Shown here: piece by piece, positions 27,159 to 37,643 of the stretch | Layout: every line of letters begins with the position of its first letter | Numbering within the stretch: the stretch's first letter is position 1 | Assembly: GCA_035258805.1 (NCBI GenBank) | Contig: DATFWY010000251.1 | Coordinates: 843-64,842, forward strand | Length of the DNA stretch: 64,000 bases | Source of the DNA: Blastocatellia bacterium | GTDB taxonomy: Bacteria; Acidobacteriota; Blastocatellia; UBA7656 | Reading direction: 5' to 3' | Position numbers and translations under genes: made by a program | Notes under the pieces: generated by a model | Database searches by the model: none | Seen by the model: only the letters and a program-made list of their open reading frames with translations | What the model was told of the DNA's origin: nothing

Positions 27159-28040
27159 ATGCTCAGAACCATCATCGTTTCGCTTATTGTCGCCTCCACC
27201 CTCGCGTGTGACCATCTTCGGCATGACAATCATGCCTCCGCTGCGGCTGTTGTTCCGGAGGCTGAAAAAATAAAACACCCTGAGCTGGAGCCCGAGCTTG
27301 TGTTTATACCCCCAAGCCGTTGTCTCATTGGCAGCGAGAACCGTGGAGCAGGTGAACGACCCACTCACCAGGTTAGTCTTGACGGATATTATATTGGGCA
27401 ATTCGAAGTAACAAACGGACAGTTCAAGACCTTCTGTGATGAAACAGGGCGCAAGTATCCGGAAGCTCGATGGACTCATCATTCTCACGACGCGTCGGCC
27501 TCATATCTTATTGAAAAGCCCAGTTACCCAGTGGTGGACGTGAACTGGGACGATGCTGTGGCTTATTGCAAGTGGTTAAGCGAGAAGACACATAAGAAGT
27601 ACAGACTCCCCACTGAGGCTGAGTGGGAAAATGCGGCGCGCGGCGGATTAGAAGGCAAGCTATATCCGTGGGGAGATGAGCCTTACGATTCAAACGGAAG
27701 TTATCGCGCGAACTGTGGCTCCGAAGCGGATAACGATGGCGTTCGATCGAGGGATGGTTTTCTTTACGCTGCGCCAGTCGGAAGTTTCCCGCCAAATGGT
27801 TACGGTATCTACGATATGGCCGGCAACGTCTGGGAGTGGTGTTCGGACGTTTATGATGAACAGTATTACTCCCGTTCACCCGATGCTAATCCAGAGAATT
27901 CGGAGGTCGGCGATAAGCGTGTGGTACGCGGCGGCTCCTGGTTCGGCGGTCCCGACAAATTGAGGTGTGCCGCAAGGCTCTGGAACTACGCATCAATTCG
28001 CTATGCCAGCACCGGATTTCGTGTCGCAATGACGCCGTAG
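27159..28040 (+). CDS. FGE/SUMF1-domain lipoprotein (not a catalytic FGE)
   Basis: FEVTNGQF, PVVDVNWDDA, RLPTEAEWE, DMAGNVWEW, GFR; lipobox-like LAC; likely ATG 27159. Confidence 0.9.
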   Translation: MLRTIIVSLIVASTLACDHLRHDNHASAAAVVPEAEKIKHPELEPELVFIPPSRCLIGSENRGAGERPTHQVSLDGYYIGQFEVTNGQFKTFCDETGRKYPEARWTHHSHDASASYLIEKPSYPVVDVNWDDAVAYCKWLSEKTHKKYRLPTEAEWENAARGGLEGKLYPWGDEPYDSNGSYRANCGSEADNDGVRSRDGFLYAAPVGSFPPNGYGIYDMAGNVWEWCSDVYDEQYYSRSPDANPENSEVGDKRVVRGGSWFGGPDKLRCAARLWNYASIRYASTGFRVAMTP

Positions 28041-28090
28041 GCGTACAACTCCTGATAAAGATGAGACCCGAAAAGGACTCGGAGGTAACA

Positions 28091-31000
28091 ATGAAAATCA
28101 CTCGAAACGCTCCTACACTCTCCGCTCGTGCTTTCGTTGCGTTTGTTCTGCTCTCCATTCTCTCTTTGCACGCTCCATTATCGACTGCCCAAAACCTGAC
28201 AGCCACGGTCTTCGGCGTGGTCTCAGATGCTAACGGCGCTTTAGTTTCCGACGCGAAGATAATCGTTAGGAATGTTCAAACTAATGCGACGCGATCGGGC
28301 ATGAGTGACGGAGAGGGCCGATTTCACATCGGCGATCTCGCGCCAGGAGAATACGATGTAATCGCAGAACATCAGGGCTTCAGAAAGGAGCTGCGTACGG
28401 GCATCGTGCTCACCGTCGGACGCGACGCGGCAGTGAATTTCACGCTGGAAGTAGGAGCCGTTACTGATCAGATGATCATAACCGGGGATGCCCCTCTGGT
28501 TAATACCACATCTTCAGAGATCTCGGCACTGGTAAACGAACGGACGATCAAGGAGCTGCCGCTCAACGGTCGAGACCTCTTCCAGTTGGCAACCTTGCAG
28601 ATAGGAGTTGTAAACGCGGGAACTCTGACTGACGAGCCGCTCGACGCAGGCACTGGAGCGGTAAAGATGTCGATCAATGGTGGCCGGATCACATACAATA
28701 ACTTCCTGCTGGATGGAGCCACCGTCAACGAAGTTCAGAACACCACGCCGGGATCCGTCGCTGGAGGCTTCACTGGCGTAGATGCTGTGCAAGAGTTCCA
28801 ACTGTTGACCAACAACTACAGCGCGGAGTTTGGCGGGGCTAGCGGCGGTATAATCAATATTGTCAGCAAATCTGGCGGCAATCAGCTTCACGGAACCGCG
28901 TTCGAGTTCGCGCGCAATTCTGTATTTGACGCGCGCAACTTCTTCGACCTCGAGGACGTGCCGGATTTCAGCCGTAATCAGTTCGGCGGCAGCATCGGAG
29001 GACCGATTAAAAAGGACAAGACATTCTTTTTCGGGGCCTACGAAGGTTTCCGGGAAACCCTTACCAAGTCACAAAGATTCTTCGTGCCAACAGAGGCCGC
29101 GCGTAAGGGCATTCTCCCGTCAGGTCCAGTCGTGGTGGCTGATTCGGTTAAACCCTATCTTGCCCTCTATCCGCTACCGAATGCAGGCGACATAGGCGGC
29201 GGCCTTGGGGCTTTCATAAGGGGCGAGAGCGGAGAAACAAACGAAGATTTTTTCGCGATACGCATAGATCACACGCTATCTTCAAAAGATACCCTGTTCG
29301 GCAGGTACACGTTTGATAATTCCAACAGCACCAAGCCCGATCATGTGATCTCCGACTCAGTTCTGGAGGGACGCAATCAATACGTTGGTCTTGGTGAGAC
29401 CCACATCTTCAATGCTAAATTGCTGAACAACCTGCGGGCTTCCTACGCCCGCACCAAAGTCTTTGGAGATCTGGTCGATGTGGTCCAGGTTCCACAATCT
29501 CTCGTCTGGGTGCCGGGTCAGACAGTGCTCGGGCTTTTCCGGGATATCGGAGGGCTTACACCGCTCTCCGATCGAATCCTTGTGCCTCGGTTTCTGATCC
29601 AGAACAACATTCAGTTTAACGATCAGCTCACTTATACTCGAGGCACTCATAGCATGAAGATGGGCTTTAGCGAGCTTAGGACACAACTAAACGCGGTATC
29701 GACCGACGTACCAGCCGGGGCTTACATCTTTGGATCTTATGCGAATTTCCTGAGGGGCAGGACGCAAATCTTCGCTGCGCCGCTAGCAAACGCAAACGAT
29801 CCTTATCGAGGAATCCGCACCTGGGCCACTGCGGCCTACTTTCAAGATGACTGGAAGGTACGAAGAAATGTGACACTGAACCTCGGACTCCGTTACGAGA
29901 CGATCACCAGTCCGGACGAAGTCAACGGCAAGATAACCAACATTCGCGATATTCTGCACGACACCAAGCCGACTGTTGGGCACCCCTTCTTCAAAAACAA
30001 CACCCTCAAAGACTTTGGTCCGCGGCTCGGCTTCGCCTGGGATATCACCGGGGACGGCAAGACCAGTCTCAGAGGAGGGTATGGGATTTTCTATCCATTG
30101 CTTCTTCCATATTCTTACCGATTCGAAATGTCTGGCGTAGATCCATTCTTTGTAATTGGGCTGGCGTTCGGATCGGTGTTCGGCGCTCCGGAGACTTTTC
30201 CCAACTCGTTCTCCCATGTTGCGAATGTTCCCGGAGCCATTGCAGAAACGGTATACGACTTCGATCCGGCGACCTCTTATGTGCATCAATGGAACTTGAG
30301 CGTTCAAAGAGACCTTGTGCGCGGCCTCACAGCAACTGTCGCATACGTCGGATCAAGAGGAATCCATTTGCCGACTAATGGCAACCGCAACACCGCGGGG
30401 AACTTTATTATTCTTCCAAACGGTGAGAAGCAGTTTCCAGTGACCGGAAATAACCCTCGTCGGAATCCTGCCTTTGGGCCTATTCGTCAGCAAACACACA
30501 ACGGAGATTCCTATTATCACGGATTGCAGGCAAACCTGGAGCGTCGCTTCGCCAATGGCTTACAGTTTCAGGCAGCGTACACATTCTCGAAATCTATCGA
30601 CACTGCCTCCGATAGCCTCGGCTATTACACTTTAGACGCAGTACAGTTGTCTCAAGATCCTTCTAATCAAAGAGGAGAGAGGGGCCTGTCGGCGTTCGAT
30701 GTTCGCCACAATTTTTCGCTAAACGCTATCTATCAACTGCCGTATCACGGCGAGCCGGGAGCGCAGGGTGGGCGAAGAGTGTCTGACTGGTTCCTGGCTG
30801 ATTGGGAGGTAAACACCATCATTACCGCGCATTCCGGCACTCCGTTTAATCCAACCATCAGCTTCAACAACTCCCGAGACGGCAACCAGGATAATGTCGA
30901 AAGGCCCGACTGGGCGCCCGGCTTCACCGCAGGCAGCGCGACCACAGGAGATCCTCAACATTTCATCAATGAGAAGGCGTTCGTAGTTGCGCCGGTGGGC

Positions 31001-31270
31001 CAGTTTGGAAATGTCGCCAGAGACGCATTGATTGGACCGGATCTTTTCACTGTTGACCTCTCGCTGCTGAAGTCAATTCCGATCAAAGAGCGCGCTAAAC
31101 TACAGTTTAGGGCCGAAGCCTTTAACCTCTTTAACCGGGCTAATTTTGCACTGCCGGGGGTCGTGACGGTGTTTTCGCAAGGAGGGGTGACTCCGCCGAA
31201 TTTTGGACAGATCACTTCAACTGCAACGACTTCGCGGCAGCTGCAATTTGGCATCAAGTTCATTTTCTAG
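28091..31270 (+). CDS. TonB-dependent-receptor-like outer membrane protein 2
   Basis: ATG 28091 after GGAGG; EFQLLTNNYSAEFG, NQFGGSIGGP, terminal RQLQFGIKFIF. Confidence 0.92.
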   Translation: MKITRNAPTLSARAFVAFVLLSILSLHAPLSTAQNLTATVFGVVSDANGALVSDAKIIVRNVQTNATRSGMSDGEGRFHIGDLAPGEYDVIAEHQGFRKELRTGIVLTVGRDAAVNFTLEVGAVTDQMIITGDAPLVNTTSSEISALVNERTIKELPLNGRDLFQLATLQIGVVNAGTLTDEPLDAGTGAVKMSINGGRITYNNFLLDGATVNEVQNTTPGSVAGGFTGVDAVQEFQLLTNNYSAEFGGASGGIINIVSKSGGNQLHGTAFEFARNSVFDARNFFDLEDVPDFSRNQFGGSIGGPIKKDKTFFFGAYEGFRETLTKSQRFFVPTEAARKGILPSGPVVVADSVKPYLALYPLPNAGDIGGGLGAFIRGESGETNEDFFAIRIDHTLSSKDTLFGRYTFDNSNSTKPDHVISDSVLEGRNQYVGLGETHIFNAKLLNNLRASYARTKVFGDLVDVVQVPQSLVWVPGQTVLGLFRDIGGLTPLSDRILVPRFLIQNNIQFNDQLTYTRGTHSMKMGFSELRTQLNAVSTDVPAGAYIFGSYANFLRGRTQIFAAPLANANDPYRGIRTWATAAYFQDDWKVRRNVTLNLGLRYETITSPDEVNGKITNIRDILHDTKPTVGHPFFKNNTLKDFGPRLGFAWDITGDGKTSLRGGYGIFYPLLLPYSYRFEMSGVDPFFVIGLAFGSVFGAPETFPNSFSHVANVPGAIAETVYDFDPATSYVHQWNLSVQRDLVRGLTATVAYVGSRGIHLPTNGNRNTAGNFIILPNGEKQFPVTGNNPRRNPAFGPIRQQTHNGDSYYHGLQANLERRFANGLQFQAAYTFSKSIDTASDSLGYYTLDAVQLSQDPSNQRGERGLSAFDVRHNFSLNAIYQLPYHGEPGAQGGRRVSDWFLADWEVNTIITAHSGTPFNPTISFNNSRDGNQDNVERPDWAPGFTAGSATTGDPQHFINEKAFVVAPVGQFGNVARDALIGPDLFTVDLSLLKSIPIKERAKLQFRAEAFNLFNRANFALPGVVTVFSQGGVTPPNFGQITSTATTSRQLQFGIKFIF

Positions 31271-31381
31271 TTTTGTCGAAGCGAGCAAGGTCCTATCTAA
31301 AATCAGACCAGTGCATATTGAGCAGGCGCAAGTGTGCCCCCAAGTAGACTGCGGGTTTTGCTTCCCGCTTGGGCCATTACG

Positions 31382-32956
31382 ATGAGTTTTAAAAAAACGA
31401 CTCTCCTTTCGGCGATTGCGATTTCGGCATTTGTAAGCCTACTGACCAGGATTAGCAGTAATCCTCAAGCGTCCGCCGAGACAAAGGGCTACGCGATGTC
31501 AGGCAGGGTTTCGGATGTTCAAGGAAAAACCCTTCCAGGGATTTTTGTGAGCGCTCGTAATTCCGCAACCGGCCAAACTACGTATGCGCTCACTCAGGCC
31601 CAGGGGACCTTTCGCATTCCACATCTTCGAATGGGTGAGTATGACGTAAGAGTTGTCGATCGAGGCTGGCAGGGGGATGCACAACAAGTCAAACTGAGCG
31701 AAAACACTGCGTCGGTGAACCTCAAAGTGAAGCCTGATCGCATCGACATTTCAGAACTAACCAGCGCCGAGTTGTTGCCGCTATTGCCAGAGGGTGAGGG
31801 CAAACGGATTCTGCTTTCGAATTGTATCAGCTGCCACACACTCCAGAAGTTCGTTACAGGCACCTGGGATGCGAATGGCTGGAGCGGCATCGTCAACTCA
31901 ATGAAGAAGTCCTTTGGCGCTACGGTCCCAGAAGGGAAAGCCGGAATTCTCATTGATTTTTTGAGCGGTGCTTTTGCCCCGGAGTCGCACCTGCAAAAAG
32001 CTGCCAAAGCATTACGATTCACACCCGTAAAGCCGATCGAAGTAATCTATAACGCGTGGGACATTCCTCTTCAAAAGGCACTGCCGCATACTGTGACGCT
32101 CGATGCGCACGGCAATGGCTGGTTCACCGATCCCATGGGTTCGCGTTTGGGTTACCTCGATGTCGCAACTGGAAAGTTTAAGATCTGGCCCACCCCCACT
32201 CGCAACTCGCTCCCGCACGGAATCGTTGTGGACAAGCGAGGACAGGTCTGGTTCACAGAGCGGCTTCAGTTCGAACCTGCTAATAAGATCGCCAGCTTTG
32301 ACCCGTCGTCGGAGAAGTTTACCGAATATTCGTTGCCCCAAAACATTTCAGGACCTCATACCCCAATCCTCGATCGGCAGGGTATTTTGTGGATTACTGA
32401 ATACGAGGGCAATCGCATAGCGCGGTTTGATCCCGAAACACGGAAATTCACCGAATACAGTGTGCCCACAAAAGACGCCAAGCCATACGGCCTCGATATA
32501 GATAGGGATGGTGTAATCTGGATTGCAGAGATTGGAAGCGGGGGCCTTGGCAAGCTCGATCCCAAAGTTGGAAAGGTCGTTGACTATCCTACACCGACGA
32601 AGAATTCGGGCGTACGCCGCGTTCGGGCTGATTCAAAAGGGCGAATCTGGTTCACGGAATTCCTTGGCGATCGTCTGGGTATGTTTGATCCAAGGACTGA
32701 GAAGATGGTTGAGTTTTTAATGCCGGGCATCCGCCCTCAGCCATACGCACTGGAAGTAACGCACGATGACAAGATATGGCTATCTACCTGGCATCAGGAT
32801 TCGATGATCAGGTTTGATCCCGATACCGAGACCTTTTGCACGTACCCGGTACCCTTCCTTGATTTAGAAATCCGAGACTTCAGAGTCGATAGTGACGACA
32901 CAGTATGGTTCGTAGCGATGATACCGAACAAGATCGTAAGCATGAGCGTGCGTTGA
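31382..32956 (+). CDS. Secreted fusion: carboxypeptidase-like domain, cytochrome c and Vgb (virginiamycin B lyase)-like beta-propeller
   Basis: CISCH heme motif; repeats such as G-x-IWFTE/IWITE and FDP-x-T-x-KFTEY. Confidence 0.88.
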   Translation: MSFKKTTLLSAIAISAFVSLLTRISSNPQASAETKGYAMSGRVSDVQGKTLPGIFVSARNSATGQTTYALTQAQGTFRIPHLRMGEYDVRVVDRGWQGDAQQVKLSENTASVNLKVKPDRIDISELTSAELLPLLPEGEGKRILLSNCISCHTLQKFVTGTWDANGWSGIVNSMKKSFGATVPEGKAGILIDFLSGAFAPESHLQKAAKALRFTPVKPIEVIYNAWDIPLQKALPHTVTLDAHGNGWFTDPMGSRLGYLDVATGKFKIWPTPTRNSLPHGIVVDKRGQVWFTERLQFEPANKIASFDPSSEKFTEYSLPQNISGPHTPILDRQGILWITEYEGNRIARFDPETRKFTEYSVPTKDAKPYGLDIDRDGVIWIAEIGSGGLGKLDPKVGKVVDYPTPTKNSGVRRVRADSKGRIWFTEFLGDRLGMFDPRTEKMVEFLMPGIRPQPYALEVTHDDKIWLSTWHQDSMIRFDPDTETFCTYPVPFLDLEIRDFRVDSDDTVWFVAMIPNKIVSMSVR

Positions 32957-32975
32957 TCAATTCCGAAACTGGCTG

Positions 32976-34496
32976 GTGCCTGACCTCTCTGCCTCGCCGA
33001 TTCTCAAGTTCGTATCAGGCCTCACCGAAGAGTCGCGAAAGAACGCGGAGGCGTTGCAGGCAATCGTAATATCGATTACGGCGGCTTCTTCAAACATTTT
33101 ACCTGTCCTGCCAGTGACCATAAGACTGACTTCCAGAAGGACGTTTCTTCAGTCATCGATGATTGCAACCGCGGGCGTTCTGTCGTCTTCATCACTTAGA
33201 GTCCAAGGGCATCATTCGGCTGACTGGCCATCGCACGGCTGGGATATTGCCCAGAGCCGTTTCAACGCAAACGAGTCGATACTCGGACCTAAGAACGTAT
33301 CCAACCTGAAAATCCGATGGGAGTTCGAAGCTGGATCCGGCATTACCGGAACTCCCGCAGTTATAGGCGATCGGGTAATCGCAGCGTCTTGGGATGGCCG
33401 AATATACGTGCTGAACAGGCTAACGGGAAAACTTCTCTGGTCGTTTGAAGCGGGCTTGCGAAAGTACCCTCCGGATCGCACGCTCGGCATATTTGCATCC
33501 CCGGCAGTAGCGGACAATACAGTCTACATTGCTTCTGATCGTTTGTTGGCGCTGGATCTCGAAACCGGCCAAAGGCGATGGGAGAGAATAGTTGGAGAGC
33601 CGGCGAAGACTTTTGAATATTTTTGGGCTCCGCCGCTGGTATATGGGGGCAGAGTATTTGCAGGGGCTTCAGACGGCAGCGAGACTGAAACGAGAGGCCG
33701 GATCGTTTGCGTAGACGCTAAAACGGGAGCGCTGCGATGGAACTTCTATACGGTCGCCGCAAATGTTGCCGGAGGCGCGTTGTTTGCCGCACAGTCTCTG
33801 GATCCGCTCTCGCGAACGCTCTACGCTGCGACCGGAAGCCCGTTTCACGTTGGACCGGGACCTCTTCCGCATAGTTGCAGTCTGATTGCGCTCAACGCTG
33901 ATACAGGTGCGCTACGCTGGGCTGATCAGGTCCACCCACATGATTCCCGGAATCTCGACCTTAACTGTCCGCCTATGCTGCTATCGGTGATGCGGGACGG
34001 GAACCTGCGTAATCTGATCATTGTCGGTGGGAAAGACGGAATCCGAGCCTGGGACCGCCAGACAAAAAAGCGTATCTGGCACGTCCAGTTGACTCCCGCC
34101 CTTCCTCCCGGTGGAAAGGAGTCATTGCCCACCAGCGGACCGGAAACCGGACCAACATCAAATGCCAATGGCCTCGTATTCTTCGCTTCAAACAATCATC
34201 CGGATAAGAGTTGTTCGATTGCCGCTATCGATGGAGCAACTGGTGATCTTCGGTGGATCCACACGCTCTCAGCCTTCCAATTCGGACCAATGTCAGTCGC
34301 GAATGGGCTCGTCTGTATGGGGCTCGCAGACGGAAAGATCAGGTGCTGGCTTGCGCAGGACGGGTCTCAACTGTGGGAATCATCGACCGTGGACCCTATC
34401 GCCGCAGGTCCGGCGATTGCCCATGGCATGGTATTGGTTGGCACTGGTGCGGGTTCATATATGCCAGGAAAGAGGCTGGTCGCTTTTGGAATATGA
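32976..34496 (+). CDS. PQQ-type beta-propeller protein with TAT signal (PVA-dehydrogenase-like)
   Basis: SRRTFL, then W-x-x-HGWDIAQSRFN and repeated LD/IDxxTGxxxW motifs; real start is probably later (e.g. GTG 33114). Confidence 0.82.
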   Translation: MPDLSASPILKFVSGLTEESRKNAEALQAIVISITAASSNILPVLPVTIRLTSRRTFLQSSMIATAGVLSSSSLRVQGHHSADWPSHGWDIAQSRFNANESILGPKNVSNLKIRWEFEAGSGITGTPAVIGDRVIAASWDGRIYVLNRLTGKLLWSFEAGLRKYPPDRTLGIFASPAVADNTVYIASDRLLALDLETGQRRWERIVGEPAKTFEYFWAPPLVYGGRVFAGASDGSETETRGRIVCVDAKTGALRWNFYTVAANVAGGALFAAQSLDPLSRTLYAATGSPFHVGPGPLPHSCSLIALNADTGALRWADQVHPHDSRNLDLNCPPMLLSVMRDGNLRNLIIVGGKDGIRAWDRQTKKRIWHVQLTPALPPGGKESLPTSGPETGPTSNANGLVFFASNNHPDKSCSIAAIDGATGDLRWIHTLSAFQFGPMSVANGLVCMGLADGKIRCWLAQDGSQLWESSTVDPIAAGPAIAHGMVLVGTGAGSYMPGKRLVAFGI

Positions 34497-34552
34497 ACCC
34501 ACCGATTCTGGCAATTCAACGAAGAGATAAATTGAGATCTGCGATTACGCTA

Positions 34553-36052
34553 TTAAGGCGTCGCGGCTATCTTTGCTTTAGTATTCTCAGCCGCAACCTC
34601 TTCCTGTTCGTATTCGCCTAGCGGCTTGTTTCCTCGGACAAGCGACATCACCACTGCTAGTGAGCAAATGCAGGCAGACAGCAGATACATAGCGCGTACC
34701 GCCGCGACGAACGATTGTTGATCAGCCAGAGCAGCTTCTGCTGCTTGCGTCTGCATTTGTTTTAGAGCGGCCGCTTGTGCAACCGTGAAGCAGAGACTCG
34801 TCACCGCTACCCCGCTCATAGATCCGAGATTCTTGATTGCGCTTATCATCCCTGAGGCTATTCCAATTCGACTTGTGGGCACCGCACCCATGATCGCGCT
34901 GTTGTTGGGTGGCTGAAACAAACCCATTCCGATACCGAACGGAAGCATACGCAAGATCACACCCAGTGGTGTCGTTGCCGTGGTGAGCGTACTTAGACAG
35001 ATCAGACCGAAACAGTTAATTACCGCTCCTGTTGTAGAGATCAGCCGCGCGCCGAGCCTATCAGAAAGGTAACCCCCAAGAGGGGCAAAGATCAGCAGGA
35101 CGATAGGGATGGGAGCCATAATGTAGCCGGATCTTGTACGGTTCAAGCCAAGACCCCGGTCCAGGTAGAACGGCAACAAGAATGATACGGATGCCATCGC
35201 CCAGAAGCTCAAATAACTGCTTGCAGTTGCGGCGCTAAAAGCTTGTCGCCGAAATAAGCTAAGATCCAGAAGCGGCTGCTTGACCCGAGTTTCAATCGTG
35301 AAGAAAACTGCGGTGAGAATCAGCATTCCGAGCAACAGTCCAAGGACGACGGAAATTTGCCAGTCGCTTCTCGATAGCGTGTTTATTAAGAAAAGGAAAC
35401 AGCTGAGGCTGCCCAGAAGTGTAATCGCACCACCGATGTCGAATCTTTCTCCAGTGCCGCGCGTTGTCGTTGTCGGCAGCTCCTTCACTGCCAGAACGAC
35501 GCCGGCGATGCCAATTGGTATGTTTACGTAAAAAATCGAGCGCCATCCAATGTTGTCTGCAAGAAAACCGCCGAGTAGCGGACCTATGATAGCTGAAGCT
35601 GCGAGAACCGATGCCATCATTCCGAGAGCTCGGCCTCTCTCTTCCTGCGGAAATACCTCCGTAACGATGGCCGTTCCGTTTGCTAGCAGTGAAGCAGCGC
35701 CCACACCTTGAAGACATCTAAACGCGACCAGAGACCAAACGTTGGGCGCCTCGCCGCAAAGCGCTGAGCTGATCGTGAAAACGACAAAGCCAAAAATGTA
35801 AAGCTTCTTTCTTCCGTGTATGTCTGCAGCTCTACCGAAGATCACTACCAGGCCGGTGATCATCAACAAGTATGATGTTACTATCCACTCGATGACGGAA
35901 AGATCAGCCTGAAAATATCGAGAGAGGCTCGGGAGGGCTATATTGACGATGCTCGAATCCAGGTACGCGATAAACGTTCCTATTGCCACGCAAAAAAAGC
36001 ATATCCACTTTCGTGGCACAGGATGGTCTGTAATGTGATTAACCGCTTCCAA
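34553..36052 (-). CDS. MFS transporter, DHA2 (EmrB/QacA) family
   Basis: LDSSIVNIALP, GRAADIHGRKK, WRSIFYVNIPIG; ~14 TM. Confidence 0.93.
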   Translation of the reverse strand: MEAVNHITDHPVPRKWICFFCVAIGTFIAYLDSSIVNIALPSLSRYFQADLSVIEWIVTSYLLMITGLVVIFGRAADIHGRKKLYIFGFVVFTISSALCGEAPNVWSLVAFRCLQGVGAASLLANGTAIVTEVFPQEERGRALGMMASVLAASAIIGPLLGGFLADNIGWRSIFYVNIPIGIAGVVLAVKELPTTTTRGTGERFDIGGAITLLGSLSCFLFLINTLSRSDWQISVVLGLLLGMLILTAVFFTIETRVKQPLLDLSLFRRQAFSAATASSYLSFWAMASVSFLLPFYLDRGLGLNRTRSGYIMAPIPIVLLIFAPLGGYLSDRLGARLISTTGAVINCFGLICLSTLTTATTPLGVILRMLPFGIGMGLFQPPNNSAIMGAVPTSRIGIASGMISAIKNLGSMSGVAVTSLCFTVAQAAALKQMQTQAAEAALADQQSFVAAVRAMYLLSACICSLAVVMSLVRGNKPLGEYEQEEVAAENTKAKIAATP

Positions 36053-36092
36053 GATGTTAGTGGGCGAGTCGCGAGCGCCTATGGTCCTGGTC

Positions 36093-37547
36093 TCACTCGC
36101 GACGTTTGAAGGCTCTTAATATTTCCTGGTACTGCTCGCGACTGTAATAGCCCTTGATCGAAGGATCTGCGTCGTAATCAGGAACGTACTCTTCCCGCAG
36201 AAGCTCATCTGCATCGCCGTACTTCGCCGCTATTCGTCGGATTTCAGGATCGTCAAGCAGCATAAGATGGCCCGATTCCACAATCTTTTTTCCATTCACA
36301 TAGACTGTCGGATAAGGAAGGAAGATATCGCTGTGCCAGGTTGGTAAGTCCTCCTTCATGCCATCCAAACCGGACCAACCCTTTCCGAAGCCTATATGAA
36401 CAAAACCCGATCGCTTGATTTCACACCACCAGTAGTTGTACGAGCCTTGTTGTTCGAAATATTTGGAGTTGAAAAAGTCTGGTCTTATAACCTTAGGGTT
36501 CGTGCCGAAGTAAACACCCTCGACCCAGGCCACGCCCTTGCCGTGCGGGAAGCCGTAATCCACGTCTTTGTACTTCTCAATGCCGTCACGCCACTCCACT
36601 GCGGTTTTGCCCTCGCCCTCTACCCTCACGATTTGACCATTCTCGATAAACAATTTCAGCGGCGACGTCGGGCCGGTGGGCAATGAAGTAGTTACAATCA
36701 CGCCTCGAGCATCGGGCTTCTTGGACAGCCCTGGCGAGATTTTGTTGTGAATAAACATGTACTCCATCCGGTGGGTGAGTGGGACCTCAATTCGGTTTAG
36801 ATCATATGCGAAATGTTGGCGTATCCAGTTGCGGTCGACATCTTCGGTGAACGTCACATCGGTGCCCAGCTGGTTTGTTATGCGTATCACTTTCGCGCCG
36901 CCGTCTACGTCGGTTTGCTCGTATAGTTTCCTTTGAAGCGCCACGTCCAGCTCCGCAGGGTATGTCGTCCACTTGGTGAACGCCAACTGCTCGCGAGTGT
37001 AGATATTACCTGGCAATCCAATGCGCCCACGGTTCCATTTTTCTTCAACTGTCTGTCGTCTTATTCCGTGATTGATGTTAATCGGCGCCAGCACAAGCGT
37101 CGCATCGGCCTTCATGATCGCGTTATCGAGCCACGTGGGCCACCAGCTCGTAGGTTCCGATCCCATCGGACCGGCTTCGGGGTTGACTCGATGTGAGGTA
37201 AGGTCCAGCGTCACTACGTCGACGATGGCGCCACGTTCTCTCGCGGCTCGCGCCCAGGCTTCCGTAATTAGGGGATCACCGGTCCTGGAATCGTCTACGA
37301 TGAGCACCTGCTCTCCTTTTTTGACCTTGGTCCCGTGTTCCAGATAATATCGCGTCCCGGGTAGCAGCTGTTCGACTGAGGTAACTTTATATCGGTCGGG
37401 GATTGTCGGTTTGCCGGTGCCCGCCGGGAAGTATGAGATGATCTTATTCTCTTTGTTTGCCTGCTTGTCCAGACCCGCTTGTCCCAGAGCCGTTTGGATA
37501 AATATTAATGTTGTTATCAGCAGAATGCCCCAATGTGCACGCTTCAT
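36093..37547 (-). CDS. Secreted M29-aminopeptidase/NicX-fold metalloprotein 1
   Basis: Signal peptide; EGVYFGTNP, HIGFG, HSD near the C-terminus; paralog of 61555-63105. Confidence 0.7.
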   Translation of the reverse strand: MKRAHWGILLITTLIFIQTALGQAGLDKQANKENKIISYFPAGTGKPTIPDRYKVTSVEQLLPGTRYYLEHGTKVKKGEQVLIVDDSRTGDPLITEAWARAARERGAIVDVVTLDLTSHRVNPEAGPMGSEPTSWWPTWLDNAIMKADATLVLAPININHGIRRQTVEEKWNRGRIGLPGNIYTREQLAFTKWTTYPAELDVALQRKLYEQTDVDGGAKVIRITNQLGTDVTFTEDVDRNWIRQHFAYDLNRIEVPLTHRMEYMFIHNKISPGLSKKPDARGVIVTTSLPTGPTSPLKLFIENGQIVRVEGEGKTAVEWRDGIEKYKDVDYGFPHGKGVAWVEGVYFGTNPKVIRPDFFNSKYFEQQGSYNYWWCEIKRSGFVHIGFGKGWSGLDGMKEDLPTWHSDIFLPYPTVYVNGKKIVESGHLMLLDDPEIRRIAAKYGDADELLREEYVPDYDADPSIKGYYSREQYQEILRAFKRRE

Positions 37548-37643
37548 ATTTGTCGCCTTTCAGAGCTCTTGCAGGATTGGCGGATCAGAAACTGACTGCG
37601 AAATAATAGGATCCAATCAATTCCGCGTGATCAATCAAAAGGA

